Of a DNA stretch of 64,000 nt, positions 36,953 through 57,600 are shown one piece after another. The position numbers and the translations under genes are program-made. A model generated the notes under the pieces. That model saw nothing but the letters and a program-made list of their open reading frames with translations. It ran no database searches and was not told the DNA's origin. Within the stretch, counting starts at the first letter, position 1, and each line of letters begins with the position of its first letter. Source of the DNA: Takakia lepidozioides (taxonomy: Eukaryota > Plantae > Bryophyta); the NCBI GenBank assembly GCA_030704615.1, contig CM060733.1, forward strand, positions 25,544,001 through 25,608,000, in the 5' to 3' direction.

Positions 36953-37388
36953 ACATGAAATGTTCAAATGGTAAGTACTTTCAAGAAAAGGAGCTTTATA
37001 AAGTCCATCTAGAGATGGCCAATGCACGACAAGGGAGAGAGAGAGAGAGAGACGGATGGGGTAAATATGTATAGATTCCAATCTAGTCCAAAAGCTTCAT
37101 TGAACACTCGTATGGTCTCATGAAGTCTAACACGTCGCTGATCTTGATAATCGTTCGTGGCACACAGGAACTTACACAGCAGTGGCCTGTGGGGTGGTCT
37201 TCCTTCCGAGTTTGCAAACCTGAAATATTTGCAAAAAGTGTATGTGCCAGTGTACACTTTGTTCTCTTTTCGTCTCCAGAGGCGTAGGAAAACTTACTAG
37301 GACATGTCAGTCCGTTCATGTGTGAAGTCGATGGCTTTGATGAATGCTTGTTACACAGCTCATATACACGGTCTCTGAGGTACATGAG
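36953..37388 (+). repeat. 436-bp segment duplicated at 48090-48527
   Basis: Direct repeat with ~6 substitutions and one GA-repeat length difference. Confidence 0.95.
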
Positions 37389-38011
37389 GTCTCTGAGTTA
37401 CATTGCCATCGTTTTCAGGCGCAGCTTCATGTTGCTGTACAGGTGCAAATGCCACGATTTTCAGGTTGCCAAGGAGATTGGAATCTTCATTTTTGCACCT
37501 CAGAAAACCACATTGCCTTGGTGAGTGTTCATCGTCTTCGGTTCAATTATATTTGCTGGACCTGCTAATGTAGAAATCAGCAAGTCATTGGGTCATGTGC
37601 AAGTATGGCGTGAGGCGGAGGCTGTAGTGGTGAGTTAGGTAACGATTGGCTAGGAGGTGGTCCAACTCCTCTGTTGAAACTCACGCCAGAGATGAAGTGG
37701 TCCTCTCATACCCATCCAGATGTGGGAGCAAACCTCATCCTTATCACCTTCTCCTTTACTTGTACATTCTGACTTGGTGAAGAGCTTCTCCTACATTCTT
37801 ACCGTCTATCATTATTACTGTGGCGACGCCAGTTTCACCTGTCCGAAAGCACCATCTTCTTGCCCCTTCCTACTGTCATGGCCATCTTTTGCTCTGCCTT
37901 AGGGGTGTGACTCCTCCTTACGTTCCAAAGAGAGTTGTTTCCGGATCTAATGATACCTGAAGACGGGAGCTGGACACTGCAGCCCTTATATGCCTACTTT
38001 CATTTGCTCAG

Positions 38012-39034
38012 TGAGATTGTTTGACGAAAGGAGTAGGCCATGCTAGCCCAAGTGGCCAGAATCTTCAACCTCAAAGATGGAGAGTGGATGCATCATCAAG
38101 TACCGGGTTTGGAGGAGACCCGTATGGAGTGGAAGGAGGCACCAGCCGCTTGCCAGAGTTAGAAACTGAAGAAGCCACAGATAACCAGCTTGCTGAGACC
38201 CGAGTGAATTTATGGTGAACCTCTGATAGTGGGCTCTTTAATTCTCTGATCCATTTCTCCAGTGAGGAGAGAATTTTCTGCCAGTATGGCCTAATTGTCA
38301 AGATGGTCAATGTCACTTTGTGTTGCTGGGATCCGTATTGAATGGAACTGAGCACTATGTTTCATTTTGTTAAAGTTTGTCTCATGTGTCAGCTCAATGG
38401 TGCATCCATCTGCCAAATTCCCAAGAGTAAAGAGCGTCACCAAGTTCTTGAGTCCGGTGTTCGTGTCAATGTGTATGTTGTCTCAGGCCAGCCGAGAAAA
38501 GAAAGGCAAGCTTGCAGGCAGTTGCAGCTGTCGCAGCATTAGTAGGCATTGGAACATTGGGAGGGGTTGCTATGACATTGGCTATTGGGGGACGGGCTGC
38601 CTTGGTGGAAGCCATCACAAAATCGGGGTTCAGTGCTGCGTTTGCTCTCATCTTTGTGTCCGAGATCGGGGACAAGGTCAGTAAGTCCTTGGCCAATTTG
38701 TCATGAGACATAGCCACACAGACGGAAGTAATACAATGTTAAGACACATTTCTTGAGTTAGTTTTTAACAGGAGACCCTGGTTGCACCGCTGAAATTATG
38801 TGTGCAAAGGCAGGTTTTGATGGGGTTCAGCTAGTTTATTTCATGGATGTGTGGTTGGAAATGATTTTGGGCTCATTATGTCATGTAATCTGAAATTGTT
38901 TTTAGTTTTATTGCTCTATTTACTTCATCATCAAACATAGTGGCTTTTTGCACCAAGTTTCTGATGTGCATGCAGGGCATGTGCAGACTTTCTTCATTGC
39001 AGCACTACTAGCTATGCGGCATTCCAGAGTGTTG
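38012..39034 (+). pseudogene. CMT1: GDT1/UPF0016 (TMEM165) family Mn2+/Ca2+ transporter, chloroplast CMT1/PAM71-HL-like; only the 5' exons found
   Basis: Exon ending at 38676 encodes GGRAALVEAITKSGFSAAFALIFVSEIGDK. The next exon (38987-39034) encodes TFFIAALLAMRHSRVL, completing the family motif EIGDKT. A transit-peptide-like exon lies at ~38012-38203. No downstream exons were recognised. Confidence 0.75.
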
Positions 39035-40052
39035 GTATATTTCTCCTGACTCTTTTTTTTTGTGCAATTGGTTTTTTGACTCATGCCGTGCTCTTTTATA
39101 TATTTTTGGATTTTTTCTGTGGAAATTTCATTGGTCACTGACAAGCAGCTACTTCAAACCTTGCAAATTCAGGGAATGTGGTTCTCCTGCCCACAGAAGC
39201 ACAGCACTGTTAGTTGAGCTTGAACACTTTTACTTCCATTGTGGACAAGCTTGAGCTGAAACTGCAACTGGTATACTTCAAACAGTCACTATCGCTACTA
39301 TTTGCAGTAGTAGGGTCTAAAGCAAGGTCCTACTATCAAAACAGTGGCATGAGCAAGATGTCTTTTTTTGAAGTAAGTCTCTGTTACCTCTTCAGAAGTG
39401 CCCTTATGAACTACGGGGGACAAGAATCCACAATCAGTCATAGGGATACAATTAGATTTGTCTCTAGCCAACAAGAAATATTGGCTGGCATTGATAGAGA
39501 AGAAAACAACTTGAAAGTGAGAGTTAGTGTTGGTGCAAAACCAATGTTTTTTAGAATCTCAGGTAAGGCACGGGTGTTCTGTTGCGGCAATCGCCTGAAG
39601 GTAGTTTGCATGAAGGTAGTTGCAAAACCAAACTGAACTACCTACAAGAGAGTAGTTACAATCTACCTCCATGGAGGTAGTTGTAAATTTCATAAGCCAA
39701 AAAAATTCTAAGTCCTCAACGCATGAAGGTAGTTTGCTCCTGTGTTAATGAGACGATGGGCCCCCTCACCTGACCAGCCTCATTACGACGAGGCCACACA
39801 AAATTCTGAGCTCGCAGGGCAAAGTGACTCTTAGTTAGGGCAGCTTCAGTCAGTGTCTTCTTCCATAGATCTAGATAATGTATCTTCAAAACGCACGTGC
39901 AAGCTGCCCTCCTGAATCACCCCCTAGCTGCCTCCCTCCACTTGTAGCCGTCTCAATCGCATAGCCCACCGCGTTACATTTGTCAGATTGGCTATGGGTC
40001 CAATAGACCCAAGATACCACCGGCCAATAGGACTAGAGACCAAGATATATAA

Positions 40053-40348
40053 GGGCCGCTTTACACTAGGGCCCAAGCCCAAGAAATCTTGGGCTCACTT
40101 TCTACCACTCTTGGGTTGGTCTTGGGCCAACTTCAACGGTCATGATCAAACAGTCATGATTGCACAAAAATAGTCTATTTTAATACCAAACTTCTTGGGC
40201 CCAAGAGCTGACAGTTGGAGGGTTCTTTTTTCTTGGTCGGGCCCAAGAAGTTGGCGCAGCAGCTTGTGCCATGTAGGTGCCATGTAGGTGCCATGTAGGC
40301 AAATGACCCACTTCCATTTTCTTGGGCCGGGGCGTAGTGTAAAGCCGT
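40053..40348. mobile_element. Possible degenerate PIF/Harbinger-like MITE
   Basis: Imperfect inverted ends GCTTTACACTAGGGCCCAAGCCCAAGAAA / TTCTTGGGCCGGGGCGTAGTGTAAAGC; internal GGGCCCAAG motifs and GTGCCATGTAG three times. Confidence 0.4.
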
Positions 40349-41192
40349 TGGGCCCAATTTTCAGGCCTCCGCCAATGGGAATGCTCCATTCTCACTTGGT
40401 CTTCGGCTTGGCGTGTTGGAATGGGTGATATGTGAGGCCACATGTAGAGGCTAGCATAGAAGTACGATATGTGAGACGGTGGGCCCTCCTTCTAATTTTA
40501 GAGCTTTCCAAGGATTTCCACATAAAGGCGTGGGCCATTTCTAGAAAGGGAGTACATAAAAAGGCTCAGGTGTAATGTGTCCTAGAGGGTTCTTCCGCCT
40601 CGGCCTTGGTGGCTATGCAAGGAGCCCCCCTTAAAAAATGTAAATTTGGAACCTAAACCATCTTCAAATGAATATAAATGGCGGTGGGCCCTCCTTTTGA
40701 CAAGTCTCACTATGTCAATTGGTCGGGGCCTTTGTCAATAATTGCTTAGGGTTGTTTCATGGACAAGCTCTGGCTATTTGTGATATAGAAAAGCTCATAG
40801 TAAAATAATGCGAGGAATTGGTATTCTCCCCATAGTTGGGCATGACTACTTTGAAAGATAGCTATTCTATAACAAAATGCAAAATGTCAACCAAAAAAGC
40901 GGCCAGCTAAATATCACCTAGCCTGCTATTACTACTTACAAACAGCCCATTGAAATCAAAGTCAGAAAGGTGGAACACATGATATTTAGGCACCAAAAAG
41001 AACGAAGGACACTGAAACCACATTGAGTTTGAGCAAAAACACCAAAAACACACATGCCACCTGAGGGACATAGACCGAAAAATGGAAAATGATTCAAGTT
41101 CCAATTTGCATTTTTAAGTAGGGGTCCTACATGTAGAGCCCACCAAAGTAAGGTTGAGGCGGGAGCGTAGGCCATGCAGAGCAAAGCCCTCC

Positions 41193-41562
41193 TAGGGAAT
41201 TCCAAAAAGGCCTTGATGTGAAATGCATAGCAATTCACTTGATCACCCCCCTAAAAGTGCGCAATTCAATTGAATTGCAAGGGCAATTCAATTGAACTAA
41301 CCCTAATTTGCAATTCAATTGAATTGTCGGCACACGATTCAATTGAATTGCGAGTATGTATATATGTATAATTTAAATATATACATATATATATTATATA
41401 CAGAAATAAGTTAAAAATTATAGATTACAATTCAATTGAATCGTGTGCCGACAATTCAATTGAATTGCAAATTAGGGTTAGTTCAATTGAATTGCGCACT
41501 TTTAGGGGGTGATAAAGTGAATTGCGATGCATTTCACATCAAGGCCTTTTTGGAATTCCCTA
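41193..41562. mobile_element. Foldback-type MITE with ~150-bp TIRs and hAT-like TAGGG...CCCTA termini
   Basis: Arms TAGGGAATTCCAAAAAGGCCTTGATGTGAAATGCAT...CACGATTCAATTGAATTG and its reverse complement, with an AT-rich centre. Flanking direct repeat (A)GCCCTCC. Confidence 0.85.
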
Positions 41563-44500
41563 GCCCTCCCCCTCCTTTATATACCTTGTAAAAAACGGGC
41601 CCGCCCTCCGGTGGTGGAGCCTTCCAAAAGGTTGGTCCCCTCCTCCACTACCCAAACTTGTGCATCCCTACACTTAACCTGTCCATTTGCTATCCAAAAA
41701 TAGTCCTCCCCCACCACTTGACACATGTACAATAACTATCCCAAAACTACCCCTTGGTCTCACTCCATTGCTCCTCTCTGCTTTGGACATTAAGAAAATT
41801 CCGCTCCCAAAATTTGGGACCCGTATTTAGAGGTGAAATTTTGTGCACAAATGCCTGGCTTGATTAATATGGAAAAGACTCCAATTCCCTCTTTCCAATA
41901 CTGTTTGGAAAAAAAAATTGTGCTTCATTTTGCAGTACAATATTCAGGGAAACAAGCTTTGTTGATTTCACCATCGTTCAAAGATCAAACACTACTTATC
42001 TCGTAGATCCAATGGTGGATTCCAATTTTGATGGACGGGCTGGATGCCTAGGGCAGGTCAGGAGCATCCAAACCTGGTGAAAAGGCTAGTTTGTCCTCAA
42101 ATTGGAGCTGTGGTGCCAAACCTGCAAGACCAATTTCCACTAACATTTAGACAAGGTTAACACATTCTCAGGTAGGAAGGGATTAATAAAACGACATTTA
42201 AACAACATCCACTTCTTTTACATGAGCAGTTGGAGGCATAATCTCAATATCATATGCTATCAAAACATCTAATGGAAGTACAACTAGCACATAGGCAATC
42301 TCTCTCAAAAACAATCTCTATCTCAAGTCTAGAAACCCTAAACATATATCTTGTAGTATTGTATTAGCTTCTAATCCGGTTAGTATTATCTTCTCATTAC
42401 CTTGTAACCCTATGATTGGGTATGTTTTAGGATGTATTCTTATCTTAACCCTTAACTTCCTACTCGACCCGTTTCAGGTCTTGGTGTCTCTTTTCTTACA
42501 TTCATAAGCCCACCTGCTCCAATTTATTGCATGCCATTTGGAGCAGGCATGTGGCCTCCAGATTTTTCTATAAGGACAGGGGTCAAAAAATTTATGGGGT
42601 GGAGGGGAGTTGACTAGAAACGTGGGCCCCCCTCATTAGGCCATTGAAGCATTCTAGGCCAGCGATGCCAAAATTGTTCGATGCTACTCGACCTATTTGA
42701 ATTTCGGTTTTCACCAATAGATCATCTTGAAAAATTTTCCTGATGCTTATGGGCATTGTAAGACAGCCCCTCACCAGAGGGATTTGAGTAATTATGATTT
42801 TTGAGATGACATGGTTTGGAGGTAAGCTTTAGGTTTGAATGTGCTTGCTAGGGATGGACATGTCAACCCTCACCAAAACACATACAAAGCAGCATATGCA
42901 CAAAATGTTGGTTTGATGTGAAATTTGGCATACAATTTGCATTTGTACTATACATTATGAAAATTTGGCCCTTTTGAAAACTCAAAAAGCCCCTCAACAT
43001 GCTTGGTCAAAGCAAATAAAGGTTTTTTTCAAACCAAAAGAAAAGAAAACTTTCCCAAAAAAACAATATAATATCTCATACTCAACTGTGAAAATTCCTA
43101 AAATTTGGGGAGATGGTGTAAAGGCCAAGTAGGCATGTATGTGTGCGGTCAATTTTTGTGGATGAATGCTGGTAGGTGGTTAGCCTACCGTTAGTTCCAA
43201 GGGGTAGTAATTTTTGGGAGTGAAAAAAATCACTTTGTAGGAAGTTAAGGGTTAACCTAGATGGAGCTTAATTTTGGAGCTTATCTCAAGCTAGCTCGAA
43301 CAACATGCGACATATCTGGTCACTTTTCTCGTGCACTTAACATTTATTAAAGGGAAAATCAATGAAGATAGGAGTAAACATTTGTTAGCAGATAACACTT
43401 ATCAAAACAGTATGCACAAGTAGGGGAGTAAAATTTTCTCAACGGTTATGATAGTTTAACGTTTACAAGGTAGCATTTATCCAGATTGTAACCCATTCCT
43501 CGCGTAAAAGTCTATTGTGGAAAGGCCCCAACCCGGGCCTTTCCAGATTTTTGGCCTGGGCCTTAATTCTTGGAAAGCTTCCTGTGGGCCCTTTACCCTA
43601 TACCCTACACTAAAACATTGGCTACATCTGCGTGGAGCCTCACCCTTCCTGTACGGTAAGCACGCGGGTGTTGCGTTAAGGTACATCTCTTTGCACGATT
43701 AACCGTACGGACTAGGTAGAGCAGAAATAGGATTTTCTAGGCGTGGAGATAGGCCCAACTTTCCTCTCTCGGTATATATTCACCCTGAACCCTATATAAG
43801 GTCCGTGTAGAATCATACGACGTCGTAATGGAATATAACAAACTCCGTTGCAGATGTAATTTTGGCAGAAAAATCATAGTCACATACACATCCTGCCAAC
43901 GTAATTAAAAAAAAAATGCTAACATATAATTCACCACTCCGCATAGGTATCACATAAAGTTTTACACCCTCTACCCTTCTGGTCACCTAGGAACAAAATA
44001 AATTGTATATTCAACCTTTGAGCCTCCCTGAAGCTTTCTTCCACTTGCTGGTCCTGGTTGCCACCAGCCCCAGCCAGCCTCTACCCCCAACACCCCATAG
44101 TGAGCCTCCCCTACTGCCACCTCCCTCCTACCTTTACCAGCCATATTAGCCAAGTCTTGGCGCATGGAGTGCATGGTGAGCTTAATCACACATGGTTAAC
44201 TTAACCGAGCATACTTATTATAACAGCCAATACCAGCCGGGTCGGTTATTTAATACCCTGGTTGACACCCGGCCAGATCGAACCCCCCACCCACAGGCCA
44301 CTGTAGAGGATGCCATACTACCGCCTGTTGACTAGAGGATGCCATACTAGTTGACTAGGTGTCGCACCTTGTTCCAATACACGTCGAACTTTTTGTACTT
44401 GAAACTTGGACATTGCTCTCAGAAAGCGTCACATTGTTCTCCCAAGTCGTCACTAGTAGTAAAAAAAGGCGCGTGTAGCTATCATCAATGAATTGAAAAA

Positions 44501-46215
44501 AAAAATGTTGGGAAAAGCCTGTTGGTCTGGGGCTCAATCCCTGTTGGCTTGGTTTTTAGTCTGCTTTCTGTCCCCTCTATGCGTCATTTCTGAGGTAGGG
44601 CGTCAATTATCCCCCACGAGGGCCTTTCCTTGAGAGACCCAAAAAGAGAGACCCAAAAAAGCAAACAGCGGCTGGGTGTATGTAGGGCAGGTGGCAGTGC
44701 GAGGCAAGGGAGGGGGGTTGACGAGGATGGTGGCGGTGGACGACACAAGCGCTGTTGGGCAGACAAGTCCACCCCCGCATTGCGTCAGGGATGGGGCGCC
44801 TTGCGTGCTGGAGCTGAACTCGTTAGATGGATGTTTTGTAGCAGTCTCGTGGGCACATGTGGTGAAGGCTGGTTTGAATGAGGTATGCAGTTCATACATG
44901 CAGGGGCAGCTCTTGAGGACAGTAGGAAGTCGGGTTAGTTGGCTGCTGGGTAAGGACGGAAGCAAGGATGGAGACAGGGTCAGTATTCAGGATCTGAAAG
45001 CTTCAACGCAGTGTGTATCTAGAAGCTTCTTATTAACACTGAGCTCTCTCAAATTGGTTATATATAATACTTACGTCTGTACTTGCTTTGAGGTTAAGAC
45101 AAGAATTCTTGACAGACCATAGTACTGAGGTATACCAGTCTATCTAGTACTAGAATTCCTGGAGAGGAGATAGTGTTTTAAATCAATTCTGTGGACGCTA
45201 CGGATACAGCTAGTAAACTCGACAATACAGATTCTTAATTTCTTTGGATTGTTGGAGGCAACAGCGTTTGTATTTGGCCTTGGCAGATGCAAACTCCTCA
45301 TATTCCGGACGCAAACTTGGAGATGCTCTTTCCGTATGGCATGTACGAAGTATGCTCGGTAGTTTTGGAGCTTGACAGTTGGCTATTCCCAGCCAAGGAC
45401 GTTAATAATCTTGAAAGGTTTGTGTGAATTGATTGGACGACTTCATATGATCTGATTACCACAGCATGTACTATGGACGTCTTCCTTATTTTGTGATAAA
45501 GCGGTGCAATGCAGTGGAGGAAGGTCTACAGTTTATCAATGTGTACCTTGGCTTCAGCATCATGAATGTGTCCGGGCTAATGCCAAGTGCTTGTTCGGGT
45601 TCATGTAAAGGGGGCAACAATTGATACAAAGGGTTGAAATTGTTGCTACTGCTCGGGACCACATCGCGAGTTCCATGTCCTATTGGATGTTTTAGTATCA
45701 AATTCTCTAGCTCAGAGACCGAGGACCATCACTGTCAATTGATGTAACAGTTTAGATCAGCTGTACAGCAATATCAATCAGGGAAGACCTGGCAAGACCG
45801 CGGGGGACTGACTTCGGGTTTCCTCTTGATTATTCGACAGGTTTCTTACAAAAATTTCTGGTCTCCAGGTTTAGTATGCAGCTTCAGAGATTCCAAGGGT
45901 GCTGGAGGGCGCGATCACTACTGAAGACATGCCTGGACAGGCCAGACCATCTAAGATTCTATCTCGCAAATTCCACGACAGTTGCCAGGCGTCCGAAACA
46001 CCAGATTAAACGCGCAGTTTAGACCGAAAATAATTTTTTGTCCAGAGGAAACTAAGTACAAAGAAGCTCCAGGGATGGGTGTCTCTAAATTTGGGACACA
46101 TAATGTGTCTGCATGCAGCTGTACAGGATTTAGCTCTGCCAGATTGAATGGATTACGGGAGGGGACGAATTGGCAAGGCTTTGGGCTTCAACTTACCCAC
46201 TTCAGTAAGATTCTG

Positions 46216-54599
<8,384 letters not shown>

Positions 54600-54605
<6 letters not shown>

Positions 54606-57600
54606 CATTTTATGCACCTGTTCATTACGTTTTTCATACGGTATTCTAGTGGCGTGCCACAGTCAAAGTCCCTCCGGGATTATATTGTTGGCACATGCGA
54701 CCTAAAGGAGTCACGGCAGTTGGACCTTTCAGCCATGGCCAGATTTTGATCTTCAACTACTTGATTAGGAAGACCAGGAAGTGGAGACACAGAGGGGGGG
54801 GTATGTGATTCCTTCGGGATGCAATGAGGTCAGGTGCAAGGGGGGGTGTTGACATTTTATGCACCTATTCATTACGGTTTTCATTGGGTTTCGTAGGTAC
54901 CTTGTAGTTAGTTAGGACAGGTAGGTAGATCGATCAAAGGGGTTGTTTCTCCCTGCACTCTCAGTGTATATATACTTTACATGAAGCTGCTACAGTATCG
55001 ATTTCAGGACTGTTCTTGTAAAGTTTACTGTTTGTGTCTACATGGTATCGGAGCAAGGCTGCCCAAACACGTGAGCTTGAGCTCCGAGAATATTGCATGT
55101 TCACATTTGAGAAAGTTGTCACTGAGCTTAGCTCCTGGAATATTGTACGTTGTCATTTAGAGAGTGTCATTTGGAGAGCGGGTTCAACTCCTCCATTGTA
55201 GTTTTCTCTTCTCACGAAGTTCACCACATTTCTTCTGTCTTTTCTTGTTTCTTGCTAGTCAATTCTTCCACTGTAGTTTTTCTGATCACGAAGGTCACAA
55301 CCTTCCTTCTATTTTTATTTATTTTTCCTTCTTGTTTCTTGTTTCTTTGGTGGGATCCTTTTATTTTGTTCATGTCACATTTCTTCGTTATGACGAGTCA
55401 AGACCCAGTTTCTGAGATCAACAAATTAAGTGGGCCACTGAACTATTCCACTTGGAAGTTCAGGATCAAGAACATCCTCCTTCGAGAGGATATTTGGGAT
55501 ATTGTTGATCACCTCACCCCTATCAGGATCATTGATCCAAACAATGTTCAACAAGTTGAGGAACTTCGAAAGCTGAGAGTCAAGGCTCTCACGACTCTAA
55601 ATCTGTCTGTGAAAGATCACATCATGCCTTCCATTGCTGCTTTCAATGACCCCAAAGAAAGCGGGAGGTTTCTTGCTGATCTCTACATGGTTCCAAACAA
55701 CGCCACCAGATTAATGCTGAAGGATAAACTCACCACGATCAAGTTGGGAAATTGTACTAATGTGGCTGAGTATCTGCAGAAAATTCAAGAAATACAGTTC
55801 GAGCTTGCAGGTATTGGAGAAGCTGTGGATGAGCGAGACTTAGTCGAGAGAGTACTCAACACCCTTCCCGAAAGCTTTGGAGGGGTATTGCAGACCTTCA
55901 ATGGAAACATGCAACTCCCAACATTTGTCGAGGTCTCTGCGAGACTGATGCAAGAAGAAGGACGATTGGCATTTCGGGCCAAGAACATGAGTAACAGTGA
56001 CAGTGCAGAAGCCCTAATGGTGAGAATGCGAAACCCATCGACATATCACCATCCAAATTACCAAGGACGGCGTTTCCTCCACACCGAACTTGGACGTGGT
56101 GGTTTCCGATCTCAACATAGTGGGGATCATGCACGAGGTGGATTTCGACCTAGAGTCATAGGTCCTTGTAATTTCTGTGGAGATCTTGGCCACCTGATGA
56201 GAAGTTGCCCTGAACTCGCACGCGAAATGGCCAAGAAGGCACGTGAGCGTCGTGACAGTCACCGACCTCCACAAGCCAACGTCATGGAAGAAGGAGGAGC
56301 TCCCTTCATTGATAATGAGGAAACATCATTGGATCTTTTTGAATGTGGCATTAATGCTCTGGAGTTAGAATCTGAATGGTTTCTTGATTCAGGTGCTACC
56401 AAGCACGTAGGCAAGGAAAACGATGCCTTGGCAGACTTAGAATTCTGCGAGCACCCATCTTATGTTAAGTCTGCCGGGGGAGAAAGTCATGCCATTGAGG
56501 GCAAAGGGTCTGTCAACATTTCCACTGCCACAGGCAAAATAAAAGTTGACGAAGTTCTTTATGTCCCTGATTGCACAAAGAATCTATTGTCCGTTGGGAG
56601 ACTGACAGACACAGGCATAATCCTAGTCTTTGATAATAAGAAGTGTTTGCTCATTCAAAAGTCTTCTTACAACATCATTGGCCAAGGAATCCGAGATCCC
56701 AAGAATGGACTTTACAAGATTAAAGGGACAGATTCTGCCTCCATATCGACACCCTTGGTTTGCTCGATCGAAGGGATGTCTAACCCGTCATGGTTGTGGC
56801 ACCGAAGACTAGGGCATCTCCATCCACAAAGTGTGCACTTTCTTTCCACCCGAGACTTGGCAACAGGGATTCCTTCAATCCGTTTGCAGGCACCAGTTTG
56901 CCAGGGATGCATGGAGGGCAAGCAACATCAAGAGCGTGCACCCAAGACTGCAACTCACAGAGCAACACAGATCTTGGAGCTGGTGCACTCAGACTTATGC
57001 GGTCCACATTCCACTTCACACGGTGGAGCTCATTTTTTCATCACGTTCATTGATGACTTCAGCAGAAAAGGGTGGGTGTACTTCCTAAAACACAAATCAC
57101 AAGCATTTACGTTCTTCAAGAAGTTCAAGGCACTCGTAGAAAATGCCACTGGAAAGAAAATTCAATGCTTGAGAAGTGATAGAGGAGGGGAGTATCTCTA
57201 TGATGAATTTCAATCATATCTTGACCAAGCTGGAATCAAGAGACAACTCACCCAGTCCTACACATCACACCAAAATGGGATTGCCGAAAGAAAGAACCGA
57301 ACATTGATGGAAAAAGCTCGAACCATGGTCTATGAGACCGGGATCCCAAGGCATCTCTGGGCGGAGGCGCTTAGCACGGCCAACCTGCTTACGAACCTCT
57401 CACCAATGAGAGCCAATCAGGGCACTACACCAGATGAGAGATTCTCTGGCCAAAAACCAGATTTGAGCAAATTGAGTATTTTTGGAAGCGTTGCTTATGT
57501 GCACATTGCAGATGAAAAACGGAGGAAGCTCGACTCAAAATCTTTACGCTGCGTCTTTGTAGGCTACGATGCAGAAACCAAGGGTTTACGATGCTACCAT

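Noticed and set aside
41600-44000. Repeat-like DNA with small hairpins
   Set aside because: Probably non-autonomous TE remnants, but no ends or coding motifs could be defined.
55150-55389. Hydrophobic N-terminal extension of copia gag in the ORF track
   Set aside because: T-rich 5'UTR read from a non-ATG start; gag homology begins at MTSQDP (55390).
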